The notes below the pieces were generated by a model. It saw only the letters and a program-made list of their open reading frames with translations. It had not been told where the DNA came from and made no database searches. Shown here piece by piece: positions 1-10,132 of a stretch of DNA of 64,000 bases (position 1 is the stretch's first letter; the number at the start of each line of letters is the position of its first letter). Source of the DNA: Chloroflexota bacterium (GTDB taxonomy: Bacteria > Chloroflexota > Limnocylindria > Limnocylindrales > CSP1-4); contig JBHOQO010000096.1 in assembly GCA_042408925.1 (NCBI GenBank), positions 2,728 through 66,727 on the forward strand, read 5' to 3'. The translations under genes and the position numbers were made by a program.

Positions 1-512
1 TGGGTCCCCATGTGGCAGCCCTCGAAGGCGCACATGAGCCCGTCGACGAGGGTCGCGTCGAGGACCTCGCCGTGGCCGAGCCGGTAGCCGAAGCGGGCCT
101 TCGGAAGCAGGTACGGCGCGGCGCTCATGTTCTCCATTCCGCCGGCCACGACGACCTCGGCGTCGCCGGCCCGGATCTCGGCGGCGGCGAGCATGATTGC
201 CTTGAGCCCCGAGCCGCAGACCCGATTGATCGTCGTCGCGCTCGTCGTCTCGGGGAGGCCGCCGGCGAGAGCAGCCTGGCGGGCCGGGGCCTGTCCGGCG
301 CCGGCCTGGAGGACCTGGCCCATGAGGACCTCGTCGATCGGGGTCCCCTCGGGCAGGCCGGACCGCTCGACGGCGGCCCGGATCGCGACCCCGCCGAGGA
401 CCGTCGCCGGCGTCGTCGAGAGGCCGCCGCCGAACTTCCCGATCGGGGTTCGGGCGGCCGAGACGACGAAGACCGCGCCGTTCGGGCCGGTCGGCCGGGA
501 ACGCTCGTCCAT
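1..512 (-). CDS. Acetyl-CoA C-acetyltransferase (thiolase), N-terminal part; the gene runs off the window start
   Basis: The minus-strand translation from the ATG (reverse complement at 510-512) reads [32 protein letters not shown]...[35 protein letters not shown]. This is a classic thiolase N-terminus with the active-site Cys in NRVCGSG. It is absent from the ORF track because no stop lies inside the window. Confidence 0.85.
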   Translation of the reverse strand, partial: MDERSRPTGPNGAVFVVSAARTPIGKFGGGLSTTPATVLGGVAIRAAVERSGLPEGTPIDEVLMGQVLQAGAGQAPARQAALAGGLPETTSATTINRVCGSGLKAIMLAAAEIRAGDAEVVVAGGMENMSAAPYLLPKARFGYRLGHGEVLDATLVDGLMCAFEGCHMGT

Positions 513-617
513 GGCCCGGAATCTACACCCGGGACCGGCGGCGATGATCGCGCGCACGGTCGACGGCGGGACGGCCGGCCCTGGACAGATCGGCCCGCGG
601 CGGCCAGACTCCGGCTC

Positions 618-1454
618 GTGGCCGACGACGATCCCCGCCCCACCGACAGCCGCCCCGCCGGGGTCCGGGTCGGGACCTGCGGCTGGCAGTACCGCGACTG
701 GCGGGGTCGCTTTTACCCGCCCGGGCTCGCCGCGAACCGCTGGCTCGCCTACTACGCAACGGTCTTCCCGGCGGTCGAGGTCGACGCCAGCTTCTACCGC
801 CTCCCGACCGAGGCGGCGATCGCGGCCTGGCGGCGGACAGCCGCCGAGCACCCGAGCTTCCGGTTCGCCCTCAAGGGCTCGCGCCTCGTCACCCACGTCC
901 GGCGGCTCGTCGACTGCCGGGCTGAAGTCCGGCGCTTCGTCGAGCGCGTCGGGCCGCTCGCCGAGGCCGGCGCCGTCGCCTTCCTGCTCTGGCAGCTGCC
1001 GCCGAGCCTCCGCCGCGATCCGCCCCGCCTCGCCGACTTCCTCGGGCTCCTGGCGGCGGAAGCCTCCCGGTTCCGCCACGTCGTCGAGTTCCGCCACCCC
1101 TCCTGGCTGACCGACGACGTCCTCGCCGACCTCGCCGCGGCCCGGGTCGCCTGCTGCTGGGTCAGCTCGACGCTCATGCCCCCGGCGGCGCCGCGGACGA
1201 CCGATCTCGTCGCCCTCCGCTTCCACGGCCTCGCCGGCGGCTGGGCCCACGACTACACCGACGCCGAGCTCCGGCCCTGGGCCGAGCGGCTCCGGGCGGC
1301 CGCACTCGCTGGCTGCGAGGCCTACGCCTTCTTCAACAACGACACCCTCGCCCTCGCCCCGAAGAACGCCCGCCGGCTCGTCGAGATCCTCGGCGACGCG
1401 GCGGTCGCCTGGCCGCCGGCGGGGGCGGGTTCGGGAGCGGGACCCCGTCCCTGA
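618..1454 (+). CDS. DUF72 family protein (YecE-like)
   Basis: The C-terminal 260 aa of ORF 12..1454 read [22 protein letters not shown]...FYRLPT...VEFRHPSW, a DUF72 signature. The upstream part of that ORF is antisense to the thiolase. The likely start is the in-frame GTG at 618, but this is uncertain. Confidence 0.75.
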   Translation: MADDDPRPTDSRPAGVRVGTCGWQYRDWRGRFYPPGLAANRWLAYYATVFPAVEVDASFYRLPTEAAIAAWRRTAAEHPSFRFALKGSRLVTHVRRLVDCRAEVRRFVERVGPLAEAGAVAFLLWQLPPSLRRDPPRLADFLGLLAAEASRFRHVVEFRHPSWLTDDVLADLAAARVACCWVSSTLMPPAAPRTTDLVALRFHGLAGGWAHDYTDAELRPWAERLRAAALAGCEAYAFFNNDTLALAPKNARRLVEILGDAAVAWPPAGAGSGAGPRP

Positions 1455-1466
1455 CCTCGGCGGCGA

Positions 1467-2336
1467 TTAGCCTCGCTCCCGAGGGTACGTGTAGAAGCCG
1501 CGACCCGTCTTCTGGCCGAGGTGGCCGGCGGCCACGAGATCCTCGAGGCGGCGGGGCGGGCGGAACTGCTCGCCGCCGAGGCCCTCGTGGAGGACCCGCA
1601 TGACGTTGAGACAGACGTCGAGGCCGATGAAGTCGGCGAGCTCGAGGGGGCCCATCGGGTGGTTCAGGCCGATACGCGCACCCGTGTCGATGTCCTCGGC
1701 CGTGCCGACCCCGGCCTCGTAGGCCCGGATCGCCTCGGCGAGGAACGGCATAAGGATCCGATTGACGATGAACCCCGGTCGATCGGCGGCGACGATGACC
1801 TGCTTGCCGAGGGCGTGCGCGAGCTCCCGGATCGCCTCGACGACGGCCGGCTCGGTCTCCGGTCCCGGGATGAGCTCGACGAGGGGCATGACCGGGACGG
1901 GGCTGAAGAAGTGCATCCCGAGGAAGCGCCGCCGCCGTTCCGGGCCGACCGCCTCGGCCAGCCGGCCGATCGAGATCGACGACGTGTTCGTGGCGAAGAT
2001 CGTCTCCGGGCGGGCGAGACGATCGAGTTCGGCGAAGAGCCCCTGCTTGACGGCGACGTCCTCGAAGACCGCCTCGACGACGAGGTCGGCCTCGGCGACC
2101 CGGCCGATCTCGGCGACGGCCTCGATTCGCTCGAGGACGGCGTCGCGCTCACCCGACGTCAGTCGGCTCTTCGCCACCGCTCGGTCGAGATTGCCGGCGA
2201 TCCTCTCTCGGCCGGTCCGAGCCCGCTCGAGCTCCGGTTCGTAGAGGACGACCCGCCGCCCTGCGGCGGCAAGGACCTGGGCGATGCCGTGGCCCATGAG
2301 GCCGGCCCCGGCAACGAAGACGGTGTCGATCGACAT
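1467..2336 (-). CDS. hbd: 3-hydroxybutyryl-CoA dehydrogenase (3-hydroxyacyl-CoA dehydrogenase, NAD-binding)
   Basis: An internal Met gives MSIDTVFVAGAGLMGHGIAQV...RPGFIVNRILMPF...HPMGPLELADFIGLDV. It has the Rossmann GxGxxG motif and 3HCDH motifs, for about 290 aa. The upstream 130 aa of the ORF are low-complexity and overlap meaB. Confidence 0.9.
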   Translation of the reverse strand: MSIDTVFVAGAGLMGHGIAQVLAAAGRRVVLYEPELERARTGRERIAGNLDRAVAKSRLTSGERDAVLERIEAVAEIGRVAEADLVVEAVFEDVAVKQGLFAELDRLARPETIFATNTSSISIGRLAEAVGPERRRRFLGMHFFSPVPVMPLVELIPGPETEPAVVEAIRELAHALGKQVIVAADRPGFIVNRILMPFLAEAIRAYEAGVGTAEDIDTGARIGLNHPMGPLELADFIGLDVCLNVMRVLHEGLGGEQFRPPRRLEDLVAAGHLGQKTGRGFYTYPRERG

Positions 2337-2364
2337 GGCCGATCCTCCCTGTGTGCGTCCCCCG

Positions 2365-3474
2365 TCAGCTCGTCCGGCCCCCGGCCTCCCTCGCGCCGGC
2401 GAGGAGGGCGAGGAGCCGGTCGGCGGCGGCGTAGGGATCGAGGCGGTGCTCGGCGACGGCCTCGACGATCGCCTCGGCGGCCCCGGCCATCTCGGCGCCG
2501 CCGAGACGCTCCCGAGCCCGCTCGACGACGATCGTCCAGACTTGGGCGCTTGCTCGGGCTCGCCGGGCCGCCGCGACCGCGCCGTCGTCGGACCCGGCGC
2601 GACGGTGGCGGTCGATGGCGGCGAGGAGCTCGGGAACACCCTCGCCGGTGGCGGCGGTCGTGACGAGGACCTCGGGGCGCTTCGGGCGAGGGCGGTCGGG
2701 CGCCGCGGCGGCGTCGGTTGCACCTCGAGCCACCGGCTCGGGGACCGGCGCCGCGCCCGCTCGATGGTGGGCCCGCTCGGCCGCCGATTCGGCCGCGACC
2801 GCCGCCGCGGAGAGCATCGCCCGGAGCTGCGCCGCCGTCCGCTGCGCCCCCGGTCGATCGCCCTTGTTCACGACGACGATGTCGGCGACCTCCAGGAGGC
2901 CCGCCTTGATCGCCTGGATCTCGTCGCCCATCTCGGGCGCCTCGAGGACGACGGTCGTGTCCGCGGCCGCCGCGACCTCGACCTCGCTCTGCCCGGCTCC
3001 GACGGTCTCGAGGAAGACGACCTCGAAGCCGACGGCGTCGAGGACCGCCGCCGCCGCGCCCGAGGTCGCCGCCAGGCCGCCGGCGTGACCCCGGGCCGCC
3101 ATCGAGCGGATGAAGACGTCGGGGTCCTCGGCGTACGCCTGCATCCGGACCCGGTCGCCGAGGATCGCGCCGCCGCTGATCGGGCTCGAGGGATCGACGG
3201 CGATGACCCCGACCGACCGGCCGACCGAGCGGAGCTCGCCGATGAGGGCCGCGACGAGGGTGCTCTTCCCCGCCCCGGGCGGCCCGGTGATCCCGACGAG
3301 GTGGGCCCGGCCGGCCTTCGGGTAGAGGAGGCGGAGGGCCGGTTCCGCTACGGCGGTCCGGTTCTCGACCTCGGTGAGGAGACGGGCGAGGGCCCGCCGG
3401 TCGCCGGCGAGGGCCGCCTCGGCGAGGGCGACGCCGCGGGCGACCGGATCGGCGGTGCGCGACGGGACGGCCAC
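2365..3474 (-). CDS. meaB: Methylmalonyl/isobutyryl-CoA mutase-associated GTPase MeaB (ArgK family)
   Basis: P-loop GITGPPGAGKSTL, GDRVRM and NKGD-type motif VVNKGDRPGA, typical of the MeaB/ArgK G3E GTPase family. Confidence 0.9.
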   Translation of the reverse strand: MAVPSRTADPVARGVALAEAALAGDRRALARLLTEVENRTAVAEPALRLLYPKAGRAHLVGITGPPGAGKSTLVAALIGELRSVGRSVGVIAVDPSSPISGGAILGDRVRMQAYAEDPDVFIRSMAARGHAGGLAATSGAAAAVLDAVGFEVVFLETVGAGQSEVEVAAAADTTVVLEAPEMGDEIQAIKAGLLEVADIVVVNKGDRPGAQRTAAQLRAMLSAAAVAAESAAERAHHRAGAAPVPEPVARGATDAAAAPDRPRPKRPEVLVTTAATGEGVPELLAAIDRHRRAGSDDGAVAAARRARASAQVWTIVVERARERLGGAEMAGAAEAIVEAVAEHRLDPYAAADRLLALLAGAREAGGRTS

Positions 3475-3477
3475 CGG

Positions 3478-3879
3478 CTACGCCCGCCGGACGTTGGCCC
3501 GGATGAAGTCGGCAACCTCGCGGATCGTCGTCCCGGGGCCGAAGACCTCGGCGATCCCGGCGGCTTTGAGGGCCGGAATGTCGTCGTCGGGGATGATGCC
3601 GCCGGCGGTGACGAGGACGTCGTCGAGCCCCTTCTCGCGGAGGAGGCGGGTCACCTTCGGGAGGAGCGTCATGTGCGCCCCGGAGAGGATCGAGAGCCCG
3701 ACGACGTCCACGTCCTCCTGGAGGGCGGCCGCCACGATCATCTCGGGCGTCTGGCGGAGGCCGGTGTAGATGACCTCGAAGCCCTCGTCGCGGAGGCCCC
3801 GGGCGAGGACCTTCGCCCCCCGATCGTGGCCGTCGAGGCCGGGTTTCGCGATGAGGACCTTGATCGGCCGCTCGCTCAT
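3478..3879 (-). CDS. Acyl-CoA mutase small subunit, cobalamin (B12)-binding domain protein (IcmB-like)
   Basis: A 133-aa protein reading [18 protein letters not shown]...[11 protein letters not shown], carrying the DxHxxG B12-binding motif. It is a stand-alone B12 domain, as in the split isobutyryl-CoA mutase small subunit. Its stop abuts the meaB start. Confidence 0.85.
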   Translation of the reverse strand: MSERPIKVLIAKPGLDGHDRGAKVLARGLRDEGFEVIYTGLRQTPEMIVAAALQEDVDVVGLSILSGAHMTLLPKVTRLLREKGLDDVLVTAGGIIPDDDIPALKAAGIAEVFGPGTTIREVADFIRANVRRA

Positions 3880-4035
3880 GGCGGCGATTGTACGGCGCCC
3901 CCGCGGCTGGTTCTGGGGAGGCGAGGCTCATGGGGACCCTGCGTCCCGGCGGGAGCGCGGGAGGGGACTGGCGTCTCGACAGGGCCGTGGCCGACCGACG
4001 ATCCGTCCCCCCGGGCCGCGTTCACCCCCGAACGC

Positions 4036-4992
4036 CTACGGCTCGAAGGGGTGCCGCAGCCGGGCCAGGGTCGGAAGGACGGCCGCCGCCCCGACGACCG
4101 CCAGCCCGCCCGCACCGACGAACACCGCCCTCGGCCCTGCCGCCGCGGCCAGAGCCCCGGCAAGGAACTGCGAGACAGCACCCGCCCCGAAGGACATGCG
4201 GAGGACAAAGCTCATCGCCCGGCCCAATTGCTCCGTTGGGGCCCAGGACTGGATGAGGGTCACGATGACGACGTTCGCGACACCGGAGCCACCACCGGCG
4301 ACGACGAGAAGGATGAGCGCAAGGGTCAGGTTCGGCGTCAGCCCGACGAGCACAAGCGCCCCTGCACACGCGAATAGCGCGAGACCGGCGGTCAGGGCGT
4401 AGAGCGCCGCCACGAGCACGAGCGACGGTGCTGGTCCGAGAAGCGCGGTCGAGGCGCCGCCGAGCGCCGGGGCCACAAAGTTAACGACGTTCATACCACC
4501 TTGGAGCGCAGCGTTCGCCGGGGCGAGCCGCTCCCGAGCCACGAGTCCGGGGAGTACCGCCAACTCTGCCGGATACTGGACGGCACTGGCGACCCCAAGG
4601 GCCACCGCCGCCACGAAGAGGGGCCAGCCTCCAGCCGCCACCCCGAGCGCCGCGCCCAACGCGAGGACGGTCAGGGCCTTCGTGAGCGAGGCGCCGATGA
4701 TGCTGCGCCGAGGACCGGCACGGTCGACGAGCAAACCGCCGACGGGCAGAAGCGCGGTTCGAACAGTCGCGAAGAGGCCGACGAGGAACCCGAGCGCGAG
4801 GGGTGATCCCGTCCGTTCCAGGACGAGCCAGGCAATGGCGAGCGCAAAGACGCCGTCGCCGAGGAGCGACAGGAGGAGCGCCCCGACGACGGCGCCAACG
4901 CGGACGAGTTCTCGTCGCCCGAGACCCTCGGGGGTCGAAGTCACCGAGCGGCGACGGCTTCGGCTACGGCGACGCCATCCGGCGCCGGCCAA
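4036..4992 (-). CDS. MFS transporter (about 10 TM; possibly C-terminally truncated)
   Basis: About ten hydrophobic helices. MFS motif A (GGLLVDRAGPRR) lies between TM2 and TM3. Only 318 aa. Confidence 0.55.
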   Translation of the reverse strand: MAGAGWRRRSRSRRRSVTSTPEGLGRRELVRVGAVVGALLLSLLGDGVFALAIAWLVLERTGSPLALGFLVGLFATVRTALLPVGGLLVDRAGPRRSIIGASLTKALTVLALGAALGVAAGGWPLFVAAVALGVASAVQYPAELAVLPGLVARERLAPANAALQGGMNVVNFVAPALGGASTALLGPAPSLVLVAALYALTAGLALFACAGALVLVGLTPNLTLALILLVVAGGGSGVANVVIVTLIQSWAPTEQLGRAMSFVLRMSFGAGAVSQFLAGALAAAAGPRAVFVGAGGLAVVGAAAVLPTLARLRHPFEP

Positions 4993-5191
4993 CCGAGACC
5001 CTCGCCGTCCCAGGCGAGTCGGACCACGTCGGAGATCTCATGCGTCAGACGAGCCACGGCCAGAACCTCACCGACATACCAGGCGGCGACCTCTCGGGGT
5101 GCCCAGCAACGTCGTCGAACGCGCCGAGCTTGGGCTCGGACGCCCGCGCTCATGCCCGAGACGTCGCTTGTACGGCGGCCAAGGGTGCATC

Positions 5192-5950
5192 CTAGACTCC
5201 CGGCGCCCTACGCTCCAGATGGGCGAAGAACTCGGCGCGGGTCTTGTCGTTCGAGCGGAAGAGTCCGAGGACGGCGGCGGTCGTCATGATCGTCCCGGGC
5301 TTGCGAACCCCGCGCATGACGGCGCAGAGGTGGGTCGCCTCGACGACGACGCCGACCCCCTTCGGCGCCAGACGCTCCATGAGGAAATCGGCGATCTGTT
5401 GGGTGAGCCGCTCCTGGACCTGGAGCCGCCGGGCGTACATCTCGACGATCCGGGGGATCTTCGAGAGCCCGATGACCCGCCCGTTCGGGATGTAGGCGAC
5501 CCCGGCGGTCCCGAAAAACGGCAGGAGGTGGTGCTCACAGAGTGAGTAGAAGGGCACGTCCTTGACGACGACCATCTCGCTGTAGTCGACCGGGAAGATC
5601 GCCCCGTTCACGAGCCGGTCGGGGTCGACCCGGTAGCCGGCGGTCAGCTCGGCGTACATCCGGTGGACGCGCTCGGGCGTGCCGCGGAGCCCGGGTCGGT
5701 CGGGGTCCTCGCCGATCTCGACGAGGATCTGCCGGACGGCGGCCTCGACCCGGGCGTTCTCCTCGGCCGTCGGCCGGCCGCCCCCGGTGCCTTCGATCGA
5801 AGGCACCGCGTCCCCTTCGATCTCGGCGACGACGTCGAGCGGAGCCTCGCCGATCTCGGTCTCGATCTCGGTCACGAGCTGGCGGAGCCGCGCCGCGGGA
5901 TCCGGCGCGGCGGCCTCGGGCTCGCGGTCGAAGGAGGTGCCGTCGCTCAT
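5192..5950 (-). CDS. folE: GTP cyclohydrolase I FolE
   Basis: [28 protein letters not shown]...[24 protein letters not shown] is the canonical FolE catalytic core. The N-terminal approx 60 aa are an acidic extension, so the true start is uncertain. Confidence 0.9.
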   Translation of the reverse strand: MSDGTSFDREPEAAAPDPAARLRQLVTEIETEIGEAPLDVVAEIEGDAVPSIEGTGGGRPTAEENARVEAAVRQILVEIGEDPDRPGLRGTPERVHRMYAELTAGYRVDPDRLVNGAIFPVDYSEMVVVKDVPFYSLCEHHLLPFFGTAGVAYIPNGRVIGLSKIPRIVEMYARRLQVQERLTQQIADFLMERLAPKGVGVVVEATHLCAVMRGVRKPGTIMTTAAVLGLFRSNDKTRAEFFAHLERRAPGV

Positions 5951-6956
5951 CGAGGAGCCGATCGTAGCGCGCCGCCCAGATCGAGGATCGCGGCCGTCAC
6001 GTCGGCCGGGCGGTAGCGCATGAGGTTGTGACCCAGGCCGTTGTAGCGTCGACTCCGGAGCGGCGCTCGGCCGGCGGCCCGACGGGCCCGCTCGACGGCG
6101 GCGAGGGCGGCGGCTCGCCGGCCGTCGGGGTCCTCTCCGGCCACGAGGGCGACGATCGGGGCCTCGACGGCCGTGAGCGTCTCGATCGGCCGATACGCGT
6201 ACATCGCCTCGACGCAGGCCGCGAGGACGTGGGGCCGCGCCGCCAGCTCCAGCCGTCCGACCGGCAGCTCGACGACGCTCGCCCGGGCTGCTCGCTCCTG
6301 GTCGGCGTCCCAGCTGGGCGGATCGAAGCCCGCCCGGTCTTCGAGGAAGGCGGCCATCGACCGGAGGACCTCGGGCGGCTCTTCCATCGAGCGGAGGAGC
6401 TCGGCGGGCTCCAGATCGGTCGCCTCGGCGACGTCCTCCCAGCCGCCGTCGACGAGGACGAGCCCGGCGCAGCGCGACCCGAGGGCGGCGGCGGCCCAGG
6501 CGGCGACGATTGCGCCGAAGCCGTGCCCGGCGAGGACGACCCGGTCGGCGGGTGCGTCGAGGATGCCCGACCCTTCGGCGACGGCGACGACGTCCTCGGC
6601 GAGGGCCGCCGGGTCGTACCGGCCGGTCGGGCCGTCGGAGCCGCCGTGGCCCCGGAGGTCGAGGGCGACGGTCCGCAGGAGCCGGCGCGTTCGGCGGGCG
6701 ACGGGGGTCCAGTTCCAGGCGGTTCCGGCGATGCCGTGGACGAGGACGGCGCCGCTCGCCGTGGGCTCGGGGGCGACGAGCGACCCGCCCGCATCGCCGC
6801 CCCGCTCCGGACCGCCCCAGTCGAGGAAGGCGATCCGGAGCGACGGCTCGACGAGGACGACGAAGGCATCCGGCTCAGCCGCAAGATCGGGAGGTGGCAC
6901 CGACTCGAGGGCGGCAGCCACCTCCCACAGCGCGGGCACGCCCTCGACGTCGTTCA
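5947..6956 (-). CDS. Alpha/beta hydrolase fold protein
   Basis: An HGxAGTAWNW / GHGGS lipase-esterase-type motif ([30 protein letters not shown]). The start is set at the in-frame GTG (VNDVEGV). The longer ORF up to 7395 would be antisense to the 6979-7389 gene. Confidence 0.7.
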
Positions 6957-6978
6957 CCCTCGGTAGGATACGAACCCG

Positions 6979-7389
6979 ATGCCGAAGCGCCGCCGCGGCT
7001 CCGCTCGCGCTCACCGCCACCCGCGCCGCCACCGATCCTTCGAAGCCCTTGTCGAGGCGGCCCTGGCGACGATCCCCGAACCGTTCCGATCGGCTCTCGA
7101 CGAGGTCGCCGTCGTCATCGACGACGAGCCCTCCCCGGAGCAACGCCGCGCCGAGGGCCTCGCCCCGGACGAGACCCTCTACGGACTCTACGAGGGCGTG
7201 CCGCGGACCGAATGGGGCGCCGACTGGGCGCCGGTCCCAAACAAGATCACCCTCTTTCGCCTGCCCCTCGAGGAGGACTTTCCCGATCCCGCCGAGCTCG
7301 CCCGCGAGGTCCGCCTCACCGTCATCCACGAGCTCGCCCACCACCTCGGGATCGACGACGACCGCCTCCGCGAGCTCGGCGTCGACTAG
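6979..7389 (+). CDS. Zincin-like metallopeptidase family protein (HExxH)
   Basis: Conserved ...VAVVIDDEPSPEQ...LYGLYEG...ITLFRLPLEE...EVRLTVIHELAHHLGIDDDRL, carrying an HExxH motif. The start may lie downstream of the first Met. Confidence 0.65.
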   Translation: MPKRRRGSARAHRHPRRHRSFEALVEAALATIPEPFRSALDEVAVVIDDEPSPEQRRAEGLAPDETLYGLYEGVPRTEWGADWAPVPNKITLFRLPLEEDFPDPAELAREVRLTVIHELAHHLGIDDDRLRELGVD

Positions 7390-7419
7390 GAGCACCCGCG
7401 CCGCCGTCCGGGGCGACCG

Positions 7420-8496
7420 TCAGCCCCGACCCAGGACGTTCTGGATCCCGACGATCGAAATGACGACCGCCGTCGCGATCCCGAGCGCCATCGGGACGCT
7501 GAGCCAGCGCTCCGAGCCACGGCCTCCCGGTCCGACGGCCGGCTCGAGCCCGCGGGGCGGCCCGGCCAGGGCGACGACGACCGCCGGCGGGGCGACGGCG
7601 AGGCAGGTCACGCTGAAGAGGAGGGAGCCGACCGCGCTGCTCGCCCCGAGGAGGACGACGAGCGTCACGAAGGTCCGGGTCGGATCGCCGGCCAGGCCGA
7701 GGTCGGCGAGGTCGGCGAGGACCGCCACGACCTCGAGGCCGCCGTTCAGGGCGAGGAGCAGGAGGACCTGGGCGGCGGCCCCGACGGCCACGACGACCGC
7801 CGCCGTGCGCGGTGCCCGGGCGACCAGCCGAACCGAACCGCCGACGGCGGCCCGGATCCCGAGGTCGGCGACGACGATCCCCGCGGCGGCATAGGCGAGC
7901 GGCGCCTGGAGCGCGACCGCGACGAGGACGCCGAGGCCGGCCCCGAGCGGCGACCCGGCGCCGCCAGGACCGGCGAGGGTCTCCCCGGCGAGGGAGCCGA
8001 CGAGGCCGAGGGGGAGCTCGACGCCGGCGGCGAGGAGGACGAGGCGCCAGAACGCCCGCCGGGAGCGGCGGAGCGCGTCCGCGAGCCCGAACGGTCGACC
8101 GAGCACCCGAGCCCCGACGAGGGCGAGCCCGATGGCCCGACTCTCGATGGCGAGGGCCGTCGCTCCGGCGAGGGCGATGAGGATCCCGAGGCCGAGGAGC
8201 CCGGCCAGCTCGGCGTCGGCCGGCAGGACCGGGACGGCCGCCCCGAAGAGGACCTCGGGGTCGGGGAGGCGGGCGACGGCGACGGCGACGAGGACGAGGA
8301 GGGGTCCGAGGAGGCCGAGCGACTGGAGCCCGACGGCGAGGGCACCCCGCCGAACCTCGGTGGCGCTCCGGCGCAGGAGATCGAGGCTCGTGCCGAGGAG
8401 GCGGCGCGGGGTCGGGAGCGCCGGCACGGGATCGGGCGGCCGAGGCGCCTCGGTCGGCGGGTTCGGCGTCACCCCGGGGCGGGTCTCGTCGCTCAT
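7420..8496 (-). CDS. Hypothetical polytopic membrane protein (Ala/Leu/Gly-rich)
   Basis: A 358-aa ORF with 6-8 predicted hydrophobic helices. No recognisable catalytic motif. Codon use matches neighbouring genes. Confidence 0.5.
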   Translation of the reverse strand: MSDETRPGVTPNPPTEAPRPPDPVPALPTPRRLLGTSLDLLRRSATEVRRGALAVGLQSLGLLGPLLVLVAVAVARLPDPEVLFGAAVPVLPADAELAGLLGLGILIALAGATALAIESRAIGLALVGARVLGRPFGLADALRRSRRAFWRLVLLAAGVELPLGLVGSLAGETLAGPGGAGSPLGAGLGVLVAVALQAPLAYAAAGIVVADLGIRAAVGGSVRLVARAPRTAAVVVAVGAAAQVLLLLALNGGLEVVAVLADLADLGLAGDPTRTFVTLVVLLGASSAVGSLLFSVTCLAVAPPAVVVALAGPPRGLEPAVGPGGRGSERWLSVPMALGIATAVVISIVGIQNVLGRG

Positions 8497-8900
8497 GCGG
8501 GAGCCATCCCTCGGGCCGTCCGGGGCGCTCGACGAGGAGGCACGTCCATGCGGTCAGTATCGCCGCTCCGCCACGACCTCGACTGCCGGACCGTCCGCGG
8601 CCACCCTACGGCGGGCTCATCGGTGTCGCTTCGTCGACCGCGCCTGGAGAGGGCGTGTGCTCCCAACACCAAATCGGGCCCGGGCACCGCGCGAGCAGTC
8701 GTCGTTCCCGGCTTCCTGTGTTGGGTCCGCACCAACGCGGCCGAACGGGATGATCCCGCGGACCTCACACCCCGGGTCTGGTCTTCGGTGCGCACGGCCG
8801 GTCGGCTCGGCCCTCCGCACGACTGGGCCGCCGGGACGGGTCGGCCGCGGGCACGGCTCGGCCGCCTCCACACCGCCCGGGCAACCGCCCCGGCGGCCAC

Positions 8901-8916
8901 TTGCGCACTTGCGCAA
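8901..8916. promoter_or_regulatory. Perfect 16-bp inverted repeat TTGCGCACTTGCGCAA, a putative ArsR-type operator overlapping the arsR promoter
   Basis: TTGCGCA-CT-TGCGCAA lies 20 bp upstream of the arsR GTG start. It is followed by an A/T-rich TGGAATAAT stretch that could serve as a -10 element. Confidence 0.5.
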
Positions 8917-8935
8917 CCTGTGGAATAATGCCCGC

Positions 8936-9232
8936 GTGCTGGGAACGACGCCGTCGAGCGAAGCGGACCGCGCGCGCTGGGCAGCGATCGGTCGGGCCCT
9001 CGCCGACCCGAAGCGGCTCTGCGTCCTGGAGTCGCTCGCGGCCGGGGAGCTCTCGGTCGGCGAGCTCTCGGCACGGGTCGGCTGCCAGGTGCCGAACATG
9101 AGCCAGCACCTGGCGGTCCTCCGGAGCGCCGGGCTCGTCACGGCCCGACGCGAAGGGAGCACGGTCTACTACCGCCTCGCGGACCCCCGGGTCCTCGAGG
9201 CGTACCGCCTGATCCAGAGCCTCGCCCGGTAG
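8936..9232 (+). CDS. ArsR/SmtB family transcriptional regulator
   Basis: LADPKRLCVLESLAAGELSVGELSARVGCQVPNMSQHLAVLRSAGLV...YYRL is a winged-HTH ArsR signature. GTG start at 8936. Confidence 0.8.
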   Translation: MLGTTPSSEADRARWAAIGRALADPKRLCVLESLAAGELSVGELSARVGCQVPNMSQHLAVLRSAGLVTARREGSTVYYRLADPRVLEAYRLIQSLAR

Positions 9233-9289
9233 GGCGAGACCGAGACGCAAACGACGAACCCGCCCGACGGGAGAAAGGTTGACGGGCCG

Positions 9290-9667
9290 ATGGCCGAGAT
9301 CAAGCATGCGACGGACGCGACCTTCGAGGATCTCGTCCTGAAGAACCAGCGTCCCGTCGTCGTCGACTTCTGGGCCGCCTGGTGCGGTCCCTGCAAGATG
9401 GTCGCGCCGGAGCTCGAAAAGCTGGCCCAGAAGTACGACGGCATCGTCGACGTCGTGAAGGTCGACGTCGATGCGAACCCGGGCCTTTCGCAGCACTTCG
9501 GGATCATGAGCATCCCGACCATCGCCTTCTTCCAGCCCGGGAAGCAGCCGATCGGCGTCGTCGGCTTCCGGCCGCTCGACGCGCTCGAGGAGGCGTTCCA
9601 CCTCAAGGAGATCGCCGCGAGCGCGAAGGCAACGGCCGAGCAGCCGACCCACCAGCCGCAGGCCTGA
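9290..9667 (+). CDS. trxA: Thioredoxin
   Basis: VVVDFWAAWCGPCKMVAP carries the WCGPC active site. 125 aa. Confidence 0.9.
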   Translation: MAEIKHATDATFEDLVLKNQRPVVVDFWAAWCGPCKMVAPELEKLAQKYDGIVDVVKVDVDANPGLSQHFGIMSIPTIAFFQPGKQPIGVVGFRPLDALEEAFHLKEIAASAKATAEQPTHQPQA

Positions 9668-9856
9668 CGCCGGCGGCAGTTCTTCGGAGGTCCGGTACCT
9701 CCCCCCAACCAGCGCATTCATCGCCCCTCCTCCTCCCCCCGACGGCCGGGCCCCAGGGCCCGGCCGTCGGCGCTTCTCGTGGGACCCGAAGGGCCCACTT
9801 CGTCCCCCGCGGTGGCGACGCCTCGCACCTCGATAGCTTTGCGCTATGATGTTTTT

Positions 9857-10132
9857 ATGCGCACGACTATCGAGCTTCCCGACGAGCTCTACCGGACCCT
9901 CAAGGCTCGCGCGGCGCTCAGTGGGATGCCGGTCCGGATGCTCGTCCAGCGCTTGATCGAACAGGGACTTCAACACCCGAGCCCCACTTCAACCCGGGCC
10001 GGTCGCCGCCAACCACCGCCGGTCATCGTCCCTCCGCGAGGCACGCCGATCCCCGCCCTCTCCCGCGACGACGTCCGGCGCCTCGAAGAGCAAGAAGACG
10101 AAGCCGGACATGCCGGATCTCCTCGACGCTAG
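9857..10132 (+). CDS. vapB: Type II antitoxin VapB-like (ribbon-helix-helix)
   Basis: MRTTIELPDELYRTLKARAALSGMPVRMLVQRLIEQGL is an RHH/Arc-type antitoxin N-terminus. It overlaps the downstream PIN gene by 23 bp. Confidence 0.7.
   Translation: MRTTIELPDELYRTLKARAALSGMPVRMLVQRLIEQGLQHPSPTSTRAGRRQPPPVIVPPRGTPIPALSRDDVRRLEEQEDEAGHAGSPRR

Noticed and set aside
2159-4377. Long ORFs 2159..3931(-) 590 aa and 2284..4377(+) 697 aa
   Set aside because: They are Arg/Pro/Gly-rich low-complexity translations in frames overlapping the well-supported meaB and B12-subunit genes. These are typical GC-rich antisense or off-frame artefacts.
8493-9976. ORFs 8493..9074(-), 8617..9162(-), 8765..9976(-), 9169..9717(-), 8548..8928(+)
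   Set aside because: They overlap the arsR and thioredoxin genes or the divergent promoter region. No motifs. Composition typical of GC-frame noise.
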